IMG/VR virus record: IMGVR_UViG_3300020583_000224
Location: 32,001-96,000 of that record
Origin: a virus
Reading direction: 5' to 3' (one strand)
Length of the DNA: 64,000 nucleotides
Part shown: piece by piece, positions 20,878 to 31,062 of the stretch
How the letters are laid out: each line of letters begins with the position of its first letter
How positions within the stretch are numbered: the first letter of the stretch is position 1
Notes under the pieces: model-generated
Databases searched by the model: none
The model's input: only the letters and a program-made list of their open reading frames with translations
What the model was told of the DNA's origin: nothing
Program-made: the position numbers and the translations under genes

Positions 20878-21386
20878 GCCGCGATTCGCTGCAACACGAC
20901 GGTCGGCGGGTCCTCGGCATGGCTGGCCACTGACGCGGCGCCGATCGACAGCGACGCCCACACCCGCTTGCCGTGACCGACGGGTTCCGTACCCCAATCG
21001 GCTGCGAGCGCGTCCACGAGCAGCAGGCCGCGACCGCCCAGTTCGTCGTCGGTGGCTTCGCGCTGCTCGGGCATGTGCTCGCCTCCGTCCTCGACCTCGA
21101 TGAACAGCAGTCCGCCATCCGCCTCACGGTCCGTGTAGATGGCGAGCAGCGCGGGCTCGTCACCGTGCTCCACAGCGTTCGTCACCAGTTCGGACATGAT
21201 GATGTCCGCCGAGTCGGCGAGATACCCCAAGCCCCATTCGGCGAGCGCGTCGTCAAGGATCCGACGGGCCTGCCGCGGCGCCGTCAACGTCAACGCCAGG
21301 CCGGTCGTGCGGCGTTCGCTGATCGTGCCGTGCTCGCCCGTGATGATGTGCATCCCGGCGTTCGGCGAGGAGTAGTAGCGGCTCAC
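20874..21386 (-). CDS. HATPase_c (RsbW/AbaA-like anti-sigma) ATP-binding protein
   Basis: SELVTNAVEHG N-box, EVEDGG, GGRGLLLVDALAADWG...GKRVW. Confidence 0.92.
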   Translation of the reverse strand: MSRYYSSPNAGMHIITGEHGTISERRTTGLALTLTAPRQARRILDDALAEWGLGYLADSADIIMSELVTNAVEHGDEPALLAIYTDREADGGLLFIEVEDGGEHMPEQREATDDELGGRGLLLVDALAADWGTEPVGHGKRVWASLSIGAASVASHAEDPPTVVLQRIAA

Positions 21387-21637
21387 CGGGTCGCCGCCGC
21401 GAGTAACTCGGTGACACGTGCGATGTCGTCTCGGACAAGCGGCGCGACCAGGCCGCCCGTGGACGGGTCCGCGTCGGCGAGGAGCACGGTCTGCAACGCC
21501 GCGAGGGCGGTGCACGCTATTTCGCGGCAGAGTTCCGCAGTGTCGCTGCCGAGGCTGAACGTACGCAGGCGTTCGGATGCGTCGGCCAGGTCCCGCCGCA
21601 GGTTCGTGTAGCCGGGCGGGGCTTGGGTCGCGCGCAT
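21383..21637 (-). CDS. hypothetical protein
   Basis: GTGA-coupled to the ATPase gene. Confidence 0.55.
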   Translation of the reverse strand: MRATQAPPGYTNLRRDLADASERLRTFSLGSDTAELCREIACTALAALQTVLLADADPSTGGLVAPLVRDDIARVTELLAAATR

Positions 21638-21844
21638 GGCGTCTCGTTTCGGCTGGCTGCTGTTGTTCCTTCGAGGAAACCGCTTGATCGGTGATGCGGC
21701 AATCGTTGGAGAAGCCCGCGCGTGTGTGAATCAGGGTGTGCGAATCGGCGCCCTGTGTATCGATGCAGTGAATCGGCTGTCGACGTGCAGGTCGGGCGCT
21801 TAGACTCCCGTGCATAAGGCCCCGGCTGAGGGAGTGTCAGCGTC

Positions 21845-23206
21845 ATGGCGCACAGCACGGCACCGAACGAGAAGCTAGCGGCGGTCCTCGTCGAAACGGG
21901 GTTCAGCGCGGCCGGTCTCGCCCGGCGCGTGAAGGATCTCGCCAAGCACGAAGGCAAGCCGGCGCCGCATGCCGACCACACCTCCGTCGCCCGCTGGCTC
22001 GCCGGGCAGCGCCCCCGTGCAGCTACGGCCTCTCTGATCGCCGGGGTGTTCACGCAGGCGCTCGGCCGCCGCATCACCGAAACCGACCTCGGATTCGCCG
22101 CGGCGCCGCCGGACCCGGACGCGGCACTCACCTACCAACCCGACCTCGCGGCGACCCTGGCGGCGAGCACCGACCTGACCGGGAGCGACACGCACGTGCA
22201 CCGACGTAGGTTCCTGACTGCCGCTGCGGCGACCGCGACCGTGTTCGCGGTGCCCGCGATCCGCTACCTGACGGCTCCCGACGCGCCGCCGCCCGTGCAG
22301 GCGGCCGGGCGCACGGTGGGCATGGAGGAGGCCGCGGCGGTACGTGTCGTCACCAACACTTTCCGCAAGCTCGACAACCAGTTCGGCGGCGCCCACGGCC
22401 GCACCTCGATCGTCGCCTACCTGCGGGACGAGGCGATGCCGCTGCTCAAGCACGGCTCGTATACGGCAGTCGTGGGGGCGGCCCTGTTCAGCGCCGTGTC
22501 GGAACTGATGCTGCTCGCCGGGTGGATGGCGTTCGACCTCGAACAGCATCCGGTGGCGATGCGCTATCTGATCCAGGCGCTCAAGCTGTCCGAGGTCGCG
22601 GGGGACAGACCGCTCGGCGCGGAGATCCTGAACGGCATGTCGCATCAGGCCGCGTACCTCCGCCAAGGCGCGGAGGCGGTCGATATGGCGCGTGCGGCGG
22701 CGCAGGTGGCACGCAGGGCCGGGCAGCCTGTCCTGGTGGCTGAGTCGCTCGCGTCGGAGGCTGGCGGGCATGCTCTGGCCGCCGCGCCCCGCTCGGCTGC
22801 GGTGGCGCTCCTCGGCGCGGAGGATGCGCTCGCCAAGGCGGACCGGGTGCAGGCGCCGGACTGGCTCGGGTTCTTCGACGAGAAGTACCTGCACGCCCGC
22901 ACCGGCCGCGTCCTGCTCGACGCCAAAGACCCGAAGGCCGCAGCGAACGCGATGACTGCGGCGCTCGTGATGAAACCCGGCTTCGACCGGGGCAAGGTGT
23001 TCAACCTCGCGGTGCTCGCCCAAGCCCAGGTGCACGCCGGGGACGTGGATCGCGGCTGCGTGACCGCGGCAACTGCAGCGAAGGCTGCTGCGACGGTGAA
23101 CTCGAAGCGCGCTGTGCGCGAGCTCGCGGCCGTCGCCCGGAGCCTCGAGCCGTACCGGTCCTCGGAGCCGGCACGGAACGCGCTCGCGCTGCTGCCCGCT
23201 ATTTGA
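21845..23206 (+). CDS. NsdA-like HTH + TPR transcriptional regulator
   Basis: PNEKLAAVL...GLARRV...DHTSVARWLAGQRPR N-domain; RRRFL; DNQFGGAHGR; AGWMAFD; helical repeats. Confidence 0.85.
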   Translation: MAHSTAPNEKLAAVLVETGFSAAGLARRVKDLAKHEGKPAPHADHTSVARWLAGQRPRAATASLIAGVFTQALGRRITETDLGFAAAPPDPDAALTYQPDLAATLAASTDLTGSDTHVHRRRFLTAAAATATVFAVPAIRYLTAPDAPPPVQAAGRTVGMEEAAAVRVVTNTFRKLDNQFGGAHGRTSIVAYLRDEAMPLLKHGSYTAVVGAALFSAVSELMLLAGWMAFDLEQHPVAMRYLIQALKLSEVAGDRPLGAEILNGMSHQAAYLRQGAEAVDMARAAAQVARRAGQPVLVAESLASEAGGHALAAAPRSAAVALLGAEDALAKADRVQAPDWLGFFDEKYLHARTGRVLLDAKDPKAAANAMTAALVMKPGFDRGKVFNLAVLAQAQVHAGDVDRGCVTAATAAKAAATVNSKRAVRELAAVARSLEPYRSSEPARNALALLPAI

Positions 23207-23753
23207 CCCCCAGCCGGTCGCGCGCGGCCAGTAGGCCGACGACTGAGGCCGCCCCGAGCACGGTGCCCAGGATGAGCGCGGGAACGTCGGAGAGCGGCAT
23301 CCAGCGGGTTTCCTGCGTCTCGTTGATGTCGAGCACGTCCGAGACCTTCACGGGGCCCTGGCCGAGGTAGACGTGGTTGAGCGCATCGGCGTTCCCGGTC
23401 ATCGGCTGGAACGAGCAGAGGCACTCGACGCGGCTGGGCCGCCAGCCGGTTTCTTCCTCGGCTTCGCGAGCGGCGCACTCGGCGGGGTCTTCGCCTTCGT
23501 CCACATATCCACCGGGCAGTTCCCAGACCCACAGGCTGGGGATGAACCTATGGCGCCGGAGCATCAGCGCTCGCTGCTGGTCGTCCACGAGGACGCACAT
23601 CGCGGCCGGCGCGACACGCAGCACGGCCTGTTCGAACTCGACGCCGTCCGGCAACGTCACGTGGGCGATCGACAGGGCGGTGCGCTTCGTGGTCGCGAGG
23701 GTCGGCAGGTCGAGGGGGCGTTCTTCGACGGTCCAGCGGGTGTCGTTGGTCAC
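23199..23753 (-). CDS. NUDIX hydrolase
   Basis: Nudix box WELPGGYVDEGEDPAECAAREAEEETGW. Confidence 0.95.
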   Translation of the reverse strand: MTNDTRWTVEERPLDLPTLATTKRTALSIAHVTLPDGVEFEQAVLRVAPAAMCVLVDDQQRALMLRRHRFIPSLWVWELPGGYVDEGEDPAECAAREAEEETGWRPSRVECLCSFQPMTGNADALNHVYLGQGPVKVSDVLDINETQETRWMPLSDVPALILGTVLGAASVVGLLAARDRLGVK

Positions 23754-23786
23754 CCGCCGAACCTTAGCGAACCGCGCCAGGCGCGA

Positions 23787-23936
23787 TCAGAGGGACGAGT
23801 TGAACGCGGCCACGACGACCTTGGCACCGGTCGGCCGCAGTCGGTCGAGGATCCCGGGCGCGGCGACGCGGCCGAGCGGGGCAGTACGCACGTCGGTGAG
23901 CGTGGATGTCATGACGGTGTCGGCGGGCTCGTTCAC
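23787..23936 (-). CDS. FxSxx-COOH RiPP precursor-like peptide (49 aa)
   Basis: AGGAGA RBS then GTG; MNEPADTVMTSTLTDVRTAPLGRVAAPGILDRLRPTGAKVVVAAFNSSL-stop, with terminal F-N-S-S-L. Confidence 0.8.
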   Translation of the reverse strand: MNEPADTVMTSTLTDVRTAPLGRVAAPGILDRLRPTGAKVVVAAFNSSL

Positions 23937-23999
23937 GGGGTCTCCTGGCTGGTTCGGGCCGGCGCTGCTTAACGCCAAGGATACGGCCATCGGTGCTGG

Positions 24000-24428
24000 T
24001 TACGTGCGGTTTCTGGTCTGCCACCCCTCGTCGCGGGTCCAGACGGCGCGCTTGCCATACGGCGCCAGCAGTTGCTCCAGGATGTCATCCGCGACCTGCC
24101 TAGCGTCCGGGGAATAGACGCCGGAATCGATCTTCTGCCATAGCGCGAGCAGCGCACGCTTGGCCGCGACGTCGGCGAACACGAACCCAGGATCGTTCGC
24201 AACGACATGGTTGGCGATCGCATCGCCGAGGAAGCCATGCGGGCCGACGGCGAGAGTCGCCTCCTCGCAGGAGACGTACTCGCCGTCGACGCTGCGCCAG
24301 TGCGTACCGTCCACGTCGTGGCGGGGCCTGGCGTCGGCCGCAGCGGCTACAGCGAGCAGTTGGCGGTCGTCCAGGCGCGCGGTGATGAACGCGACGATGC
24401 TGGGTGGTTCGACGGGAGAAGTCGTCAT
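24000..24428 (-). CDS. DUF6221-family protein (second copy)
   Basis: IVAFITARLDD...HVVANDPGFVFADVAAKRALL...LLAPY. Confidence 0.8.
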   Translation of the reverse strand: MTTSPVEPPSIVAFITARLDDRQLLAVAAAADARPRHDVDGTHWRSVDGEYVSCEEATLAVGPHGFLGDAIANHVVANDPGFVFADVAAKRALLALWQKIDSGVYSPDARQVADDILEQLLAPYGKRAVWTRDEGWQTRNRT

Positions 24429-27400
24429 GGCCGCAGTGTCCCACCGTGCGCGTCCAGCCTGTCCGCGATAGCCCGCGCGGTCCGCAGGTCGATGCAGACG
24501 GTCGTGTCGTCCCGGGCGCCGCGGCACTTCTCCTGCACGTACGCGACGAACGCGGCGACATCGTCCTCCTCGCGGCAGTCGCATTCGGGATGGTTGCAGT
24601 ACCAGCCGCCAGCGGTGTCGCGTTCTTCGACGGTCTCGAGGATGAGCGGCTGCGTGACGAAACTGACCGTCTGCGCCTCAACCAGTGCGGCGGCCACGGC
24701 GTTCATCGGGCACGCCTCGGTGCAGTCGCTCTCGAGGTGCGGTTCCTGGCCGATCGCGAAATGGTAGAGGCCCGTGACGGGCGCGGTGAAGCGCTCAGGC
24801 ATCGCCGGTCCTTTGCGGTTCGCTGTCGGGGTACGCGAGGGCGGCCAGCCAGTCGTCGGCCATCAGCCCCGCATGGAGCCCGGCTTCGGGCGTCGGTCGC
24901 CCAGCGTCCGGGCCGTACGTGGCGATCAGGTCGACGATCGGGCCCGTGTCGAACAGCGGGTGGTCCGCGGGGATCGGGCCGATAGCTACCGGGCGGTAAG
25001 GCGACGCGTCGTCAGGCACGGGGCGACTCGATTCTGAGAGTCAGGGATTCCTGGCGTTCGAACGCTTCGCGTGCCCAGTGTCCCCGCTCGCGTTCGCCGC
25101 GGCGCGCTTCGATCAGTTCTTGCACGTACTCCTCGACACGATGGGCGCCGTGGATGTGCTCGTGGATCTCGCCGCCCGGGTGCCCGAACGCTTCGATGGC
25201 GATATCCGGGTAGCGCGAGAACGCGGCCCTGCACTCGCTCTCGGTGCCCTCGTAGGTCCAGACGCATGTCCGGAGCGGGCACTGCCATTGGAACCGGTCG
25301 TCAGGCATCAGCGTGCTCCTTCGCCGCGGTCTCGGACTCGTGGCACGGCGCGCAGATCGGCATTGACCGCGTCCCGCCCGACGGCAGCTTGTAGACGAGC
25401 CGCGTCGTGGCGCGGGCCTGGCAGCGGTGATCAGGATCGGCGCCGCAGATATGGGCGCACGTGTCGCCCTGGCTCGGCCAGTTCGCGTCCGATTCGCTGA
25501 GCGGGTCGCCCCAATCCAGTTGGCCTACGCTCGCGCCGTATTCCGCCCGAGACGGCGACGGGTACACCGCCCTGTCCATGCTGGCGATAATGCCGTCGAA
25601 TCCGGGGCGCCGGTTCGCTTCGTCGAGGATGCCCTCCATCGCGGCATAGTCGGCGAACGACACGCCCGCGGTCGCTGTGCGCAGCCACAAGATCGCGGCC
25701 TCGACGTGTGCCGAAGCCAGCGCCCGCAACTCCTCGTATCGGCGCGACGGCACGAACTCGGTCCGCCACCCGCACGGGCAATGACCGCGGATCTCCCGGG
25801 TGGCCTCGTCCATCTGCATGTGGTCCGCGCATTGGAGCGCTGGCCCGCTGCCGGTTTCGAGGACCCGGATCGGCTGGTCGTCTGCAGGGTCGGCTGGCCA
25901 GAGGATCGTGCCTGCGGGCATCAGGTCGGGGTGTTCGAGCAGCGCGGCGCGGACATGACACCGCAGCAGTATTTCGTCGGGTTCGGCGCCCTCGGACCAG
26001 CCTATGCGGCGCCTGAAGTGCGCGGGCTCGCCCCTGCTGCGTGTCGGCAGGGTGATGCCGTACTCGGTTATCCGGTACAGGATCGACTGGAGGGGCGTCC
26101 AATTGCCGAGGTCTAGCGGCGATATGCAGACGACGGCCTCGAGCGGCTTCGCGACGTGCCAGGCGGTGGCGAGCTCGTCCGTGTAGATGACCTGCCCGGC
26201 GGAAGGTCCGTCGACCAGGATCACGGGAACGCCGACCGGCCTAGGCATGTCCGGCCGCCCTCGGGTGATCCGGATGCAGCCGAGGCCAATACTGCGACAC
26301 GGGGATGCCGTGGCCGCGCAGGTGCGACTGGGTCAGCGTCATCACCTCGGCGACCGTGCCGCCCATGTGCAGGCCGCCGCACGAGCAGTCGATGCCGAAC
26401 AGCACCGGCTCGCTGGACGCGAGGCTGCGGAAGTCGAGGTGCGGGGTGACGGTGAGCGTGTGGTTGCGGCACTCACGGCGGATCGCGTCTTCATCGGTGA
26501 GCAGGTCAGGCATCGTCACTCCGTCGGCGGCGGTAGGAGTTGGTCCAGCGTGGGCACCACGATCGGCTCGACCCGCCATCCTTCGGCCGCGAGCAGGTCG
26601 AGGAACAGGCCCGCGCCGTGATCGCTGGAGATGACGCCGTGAAGGCGCCGGTTCCAATCGTCCAGCACGCACGCGACCGTGTACGCGGGGCCGTCGAGTT
26701 CCGCAAGGTCGCTGCGACGGAGGGCGTCGAGGTCTTCGTGCTCGTCCTCACTCATTGCCGCCGCCTTCCGTTCCTGCGCTGTCGAGCGTGTCGTTGCTGA
26801 TCCAGCTATACCCGCAACGACCGCAGCCCCGGTGGAAGTGATTCCGATCCTGCCCGGAGCACATTCCATGACGGAGGCTGTAGCCGCCGTCACACCAGCG
26901 CATCGTCGTGTCGGACTCGCCGCACTTCGGGCACGCCAGGATCGGCACGCGCGGCGGGGTGTCCTGTGGTTCTTGGGTCGCCATGCCGAGTCCGGGTCGG
27001 AGCAGCACTTCGGGGACAGACAGTTCGCTTACCGTCGTGTCGCCAGACACGTAGCCGCCCTTGGTCTTACCGTCGCCCATCGCCGTCTCCGATCGGTTCG
27101 AGTTCGATGGTCGCCTCAAGGGGCCTGTCCGACCAGGCGGCGAGAAGGGTGTGCAGAACAGCACCCCGTTCGGCCTCCCGGGTCTCTCCGTCCACGTAGT
27201 TGCCTGTGGCGTCGTACCACTTCACGACCGCTCGCACTCGGGCGTCGCGCGTATCGCCACCCCCGCGCTTGACCACGGCCGTGCGGCCTGTGGCCAGGTC
27301 GAGGACGCCGATGTTGTCTGCGCTGACCGCGAAAGCCGTGCTGGGCGGTACGCGGTTGTCCTCGTGGATCAGGCGCGCCCATTCGGGACCAGCCTCGGCC

Positions 27401-28273
27401 GCGAGCGCTTCCTCGGCGAGTACGCATGCGGCTTCGTCGCGCAGTTCGTTGTACCGGTTGAGGATGTCGGCGAGGCAGCGCCGCACTGACCCGGTCGCGG
27501 AGTGCACGATCCCGGCCTGCTCGTCGAGGATCGCGGCGAGTTCGGGCGGGACGGTTTCAGCAGTGAAGGGCACGCGTCCAGTATGAGGCTCGCGGCGGTC
27601 GGGCAATCAGCCATTCGTCGCAGTGTCGTCGGCCGCGAGCCCGGCGAGCAGTTCGTACGTCCAGCACGGCCAGCCGCCCCACTTCTCGCCGTCTTCGGCC
27701 TGGAACTCGCACGCTTCGCAGTAGACGCCGGGCATGCGGATCGCCCAACCGCCGCCCGAATCGAGCCGGGGTTCGTGGCCGCCCAGCACTTCGTATGCGG
27801 GCTCGTTCGCGCGGTAGTGCTCGCGCAGCCGCACCCACTCGGCGTGGGCTTGCTCGAACTTGACCTTGAGTACGGCGAGCCGTTCGAGGCGCTGCTGCTC
27901 CAGGCGCTGGCGCCGACGCCACGATTCGCGGCCCTGCTCGGTGAGGTGATCGGGCGGCTCGCTGGCCGTGGCCGACTCAGTCACCGGCCTGCTCGCACTC
28001 GGGCACCGACGCGTGGTGATACAGCCGTTCCCCGGCCGCGCCGAGCATGCTGGCGAGGTCGCGTGCGGACGCGCCCGGGTTGGCGTTGAACACGTTGGTC
28101 GCGAACGCTGCCGCGCGCAGCAGCACCGCGCCGATCTGCTCGGCGGGGATGCCTTCGAGGTCGCGGCGGAAATCACCGGCGTTCTGCTTGGCTTGCTTGC
28201 GCATCGCCGGGGTCGCGGCGCCCAAGCGCTGGCGGATCGCGGCGGCGTACTGGTCGAGTTCTGGGCTGTTCAC
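24425..28273 (-). other. leftward coupled hypothetical genes (24425-24802, 24795-25019, 25012-25308, 25301-26248, 26241-26513, 26516-26755, 26748-27080, 27067-27606, 27607-27984, 27977-28273)
   Basis: Chain of overlapping starts and stops; several zinc-finger-like C/H motifs. Confidence 0.65.
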
Positions 28274-28856
28274 GCGGCCATCATCTCGCAGCGCAAATGG
28301 ACTGCAATGTGGACCATTTATCCGACTGGCACGCTCCGGGCCGCCGCAAGCCGGGCCTGTGCGGCTTCGGTGAGCGCCCGGTCGGCCGCAGCGCGGTCGG
28401 TCTGCGTCCGCCACCACGGGTGCGCCTGGATTGCCTTGCCGAGGTTGATGCGCCGGGCGAACGCCTCGTGGGACGCGGCGGCCTGCTCGTCGGCGACCGG
28501 CGCGAGTCCGTCCCGGATGAGAGCGACGATCTGCTCTCCGCTGGGGAAGTCGGCGTGGATCCGCTCGTAGTCGGCGTCGGCCTCGAGGTAGCGCGCCTTA
28601 AGGTCGATCAGGCCAGGTGGCGGCGGTGTCGCGGTAATGGGAACCCCCGGGGTTTGGATGTAGTGGTGCGCGCCATGATGCCAGCGGCCACCGACAATTC
28701 CGGGGGAGGCGGGCAGTCCCACCGCTTTTGCAGGGAACAACGCGCACTGATCAGCGTTGGACCGCGACGAGACTGCCCAGGCCGATCGTACGGGAGGCTG
28801 ACGGGCCGTCACAAAAGCGCTAGCGTGACCCTCACGAATCGCGGGAGGAGACGGCA

Positions 28857-29270
28857 GTGAGCGACAGCGGCAGCATGCGAGGCGGCCGGGAGGTGCGGCC
28901 GTTCATCGAATCGATCTCCGGCCCGATGCCCGACACCGCCGAGTACAGTGCGATCAAGAACGGGCGCGAACGGCAGTCCAAGTCGTTCCCCGGCGCCGGC
29001 AGCGTCCGGTTCGTCGCCTACCTGTGGCGGGAGATCCAGAAGTACGCGATCATCCGGTCGCTCGAAACCGGCTTCGACGTTCCGAAACAGCACCGGCGGT
29101 TCGTCGTGGAAGGCTTCGAGGACTACGAGACCGCAGTGTCCAACTACGGGCTGGCCGTCGGCTGGCTTGTCGAACTCGTCGAACTGCACGGGCACGGCCT
29201 GTTCGATGAGGAGACGCTCGCGCAGATGGTCGACTCGCTGACGCCCGATGCTGAGGCCGATCCGCGTTAG
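28857..29270 (+). CDS. hypothetical protein, lone rightward gene
   Basis: GGAGGAG RBS, TAGCGT -10-like box upstream. Confidence 0.6.
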   Translation: MSDSGSMRGGREVRPFIESISGPMPDTAEYSAIKNGRERQSKSFPGAGSVRFVAYLWREIQKYAIIRSLETGFDVPKQHRRFVVEGFEDYETAVSNYGLAVGWLVELVELHGHGLFDEETLAQMVDSLTPDAEADPR

Positions 29271-29479
29271 GCCTGCTCGCCGCCGATGTGGTCGAAGTCC
29301 ATGCCGCGCATGCCCGCGCGGAAAGTCGCCCACTCGTCTCGGTCGAACGTGAGCACCGGTCCGTCCGGGTCCTTGCTGTCGCGGATCAGCACGAGCCCGC
29401 CGTGCTCGCCAACCTCGACGCAAGTGGCATTGTTGGGGCACCTCGCGGCCTTGGCCCAGCGAATCTCACTCATCGTCAT
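29267..29479 (-). CDS. DUF397 (BldB-like) protein
   Basis: W.KA..C.NN.TCVEV...VLIRDSKDPDGPVLTFDRDEW.TF..G. Confidence 0.93.
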   Translation of the reverse strand: MTMSEIRWAKAARCPNNATCVEVGEHGGLVLIRDSKDPDGPVLTFDRDEWATFRAGMRGMDFDHIGGEQA

Positions 29480-30240
29480 CTTCCTGTCCGTTGGCTTCGC
29501 GTACCGCCCGGTGGGTAGCCCGCGGTACGTCAATCGCGGCGCAGTGCTTGAGCCGGAACTGTTCGGCAGTCTCCCAGTCGAGACCTTCGGCGTCCTGCCG
29601 TTTCGCGTCGATCAACATGACGAGGGCGTCGCGGACCGCGTCCAACTGCACGGGACTGAGGCCGATCAAGTCGAACGTCGCCGGATTGTGGCGCGCATAG
29701 AGCACTCAACACCTCCAGGTCTGGGTCAATGCTAGAGGTTCGGTACGGCGAGCAGACCTTTTCAGTTGGAAGGTGCCGCGAGCCTGAGGATCCCGGCGGC
29801 CGCCTGCTCGATCTCGGCGGGAGTCGCGCCGGGCGCGGTGGTGATCTGCTCCATGGCGTCGAGGAACTGCCAGCGCGCGGTCAGTGCCCGGGTGAACGCG
29901 AGACTGTCGGCCACCGGTTCGTCGCCCGCGTCGCGTGCCTCGTTGTTGACGCGGGCGATCTCGGCCAGGCCGCTGGCCAACTCGTCGAACCACGGCGGGT
30001 CCGTGGAATCAGTGGATCTCACGGGGCGTCCAGGGCGTTCCTGAGGTCCGCGGCGATCGTGCGCGGGTCGACGCCGGTCGTAGCGAAGCTCTCACGCCAC
30101 ACGTTGACCGCAGTCTCGAACAGCTCGGCGGAACCGGCCAGGCTGTACGCCTCGCGCCAGGTCGCGGCCGGAATGCCGGTCTCCTGGCTGAGGGCGCCCA
30201 TCTGAATGTCGGTGACGGCCTCGGTGTTGCTGCGGGTCAT
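29466..30240 (-). other. hypothetical genes (29466-29705, 29762-30022, 30019-30240)
   Basis: Coupled small ORFs. Confidence 0.55.
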
Positions 30241-30242
30241 GG

Positions 30243-30647
30243 TCAGTTCTCCTCTTCTGTCTGCATTCCGCGCCGGGTGCACGTGGCGCATACGTCGAAG
30301 GGCACGCCGTTGGGGATGGTCGGGTCGGTCGCGGTCGGGGTTCCGGTTGTGCCGCATGCCGTCGTGACGGTGTCGTGGCCGTCGTTCCAGCGGGCACGGT
30401 GTCCGAGCCCGTCGATGATGGCGAGGATCGGGTATCGGTCGGTGCGTGTTCCGCGTCCGGGCCGGTTGGCATGCGCGGCACGGATCTCGTCTGCGGAGTA
30501 CAGCGCCTTGGCGGGCCCTCGCGGGCTGCGCTGGTAGCTGACGGCTTTGACGCCCCAGCGGGACAGGGTGCTGGTCGCGGACTTGTTCGTTGCGGCGCCG
30601 ATGTGCTCGGCGGCTTGCGTGATGGTCCAGAGTTCGGGTTCAGGCAT
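30243..30647 (-). CDS. MerR/Xis-like HTH DNA-binding protein
   Basis: LWTITQAAEHIG...STLSRWGV...ALYSADEIRAAHANRPGRG. Confidence 0.7.
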   Translation of the reverse strand: MPEPELWTITQAAEHIGAATNKSATSTLSRWGVKAVSYQRSPRGPAKALYSADEIRAAHANRPGRGTRTDRYPILAIIDGLGHRARWNDGHDTVTTACGTTGTPTATDPTIPNGVPFDVCATCTRRGMQTEEEN

Positions 30648-30714
30648 GGGCTTCCGTTCGGCGGCGGGGGGACGCGGCCAGGCGCCGGATCGATCCGGCG
30701 CCCGTGCGGTCTGG

Positions 30715-30990
30715 TCAGGCGGAGGCGTACGGGCCCATGATCGCGATCTTCTCGCCGAGTTCGAACTCGCGGACGTCGCCGTCGTTGCGGGTGACGATCA
30801 CCAGCGTCGGGGTGACCATGCCGCCGTCGCGCCAGACCTCGTACTCGGCGAGGCGGATCTCGACCGACTTGATGGTCCAGGCGTTCTCGTAGCCGGGGCG
30901 CACGGCCCAGTAGCGGAATCCGGGGCGCATGTCCTCGACGTTGATGCTCGTGGTCTCGACGATCCCGGCCTGCGTAGCGGTGGCGGTCAT
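30715..30990 (-). CDS. hypothetical protein, first gene after a strong promoter
   Basis: AAGGAG RBS. Confidence 0.65.
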   Translation of the reverse strand: MTATATQAGIVETTSINVEDMRPGFRYWAVRPGYENAWTIKSVEIRLAEYEVWRDGGMVTPTLVIVTRNDGDVREFELGEKIAIMGPYASA

Positions 30991-31027
30991 GTCCGGCTCC
31001 TTCGTTGGCGTCTTCCTGACACTTCTA

Positions 31028-31056
31028 ACTATGACGTATAGACGTGGAAGTGTCAA
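31028..31056 (-). promoter_or_regulatory. sigma70-type promoter
   Basis: Minus strand TTGACA (31056-31051), 17 bp, CATAGT (31033-31028). Confidence 0.7.
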
Positions 31057-31062
31057 GCGTGC

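Noticed and set aside
21875-23035. Long alternative-frame and antisense ORFs here and throughout (e.g. 8917-10344, 49740-50804, 52901-53827)
   Set aside because: Expected in high-GC DNA; Arg/Pro/Gly-rich, no motifs, and overlapping better-supported genes
28318-28812. Minus-strand ORF with a protein-like 3' half (LIDLKARYLEAD...HPWW)
   Set aside because: Probably a real small gene, but no credible start or function could be fixed, so it was not annotated
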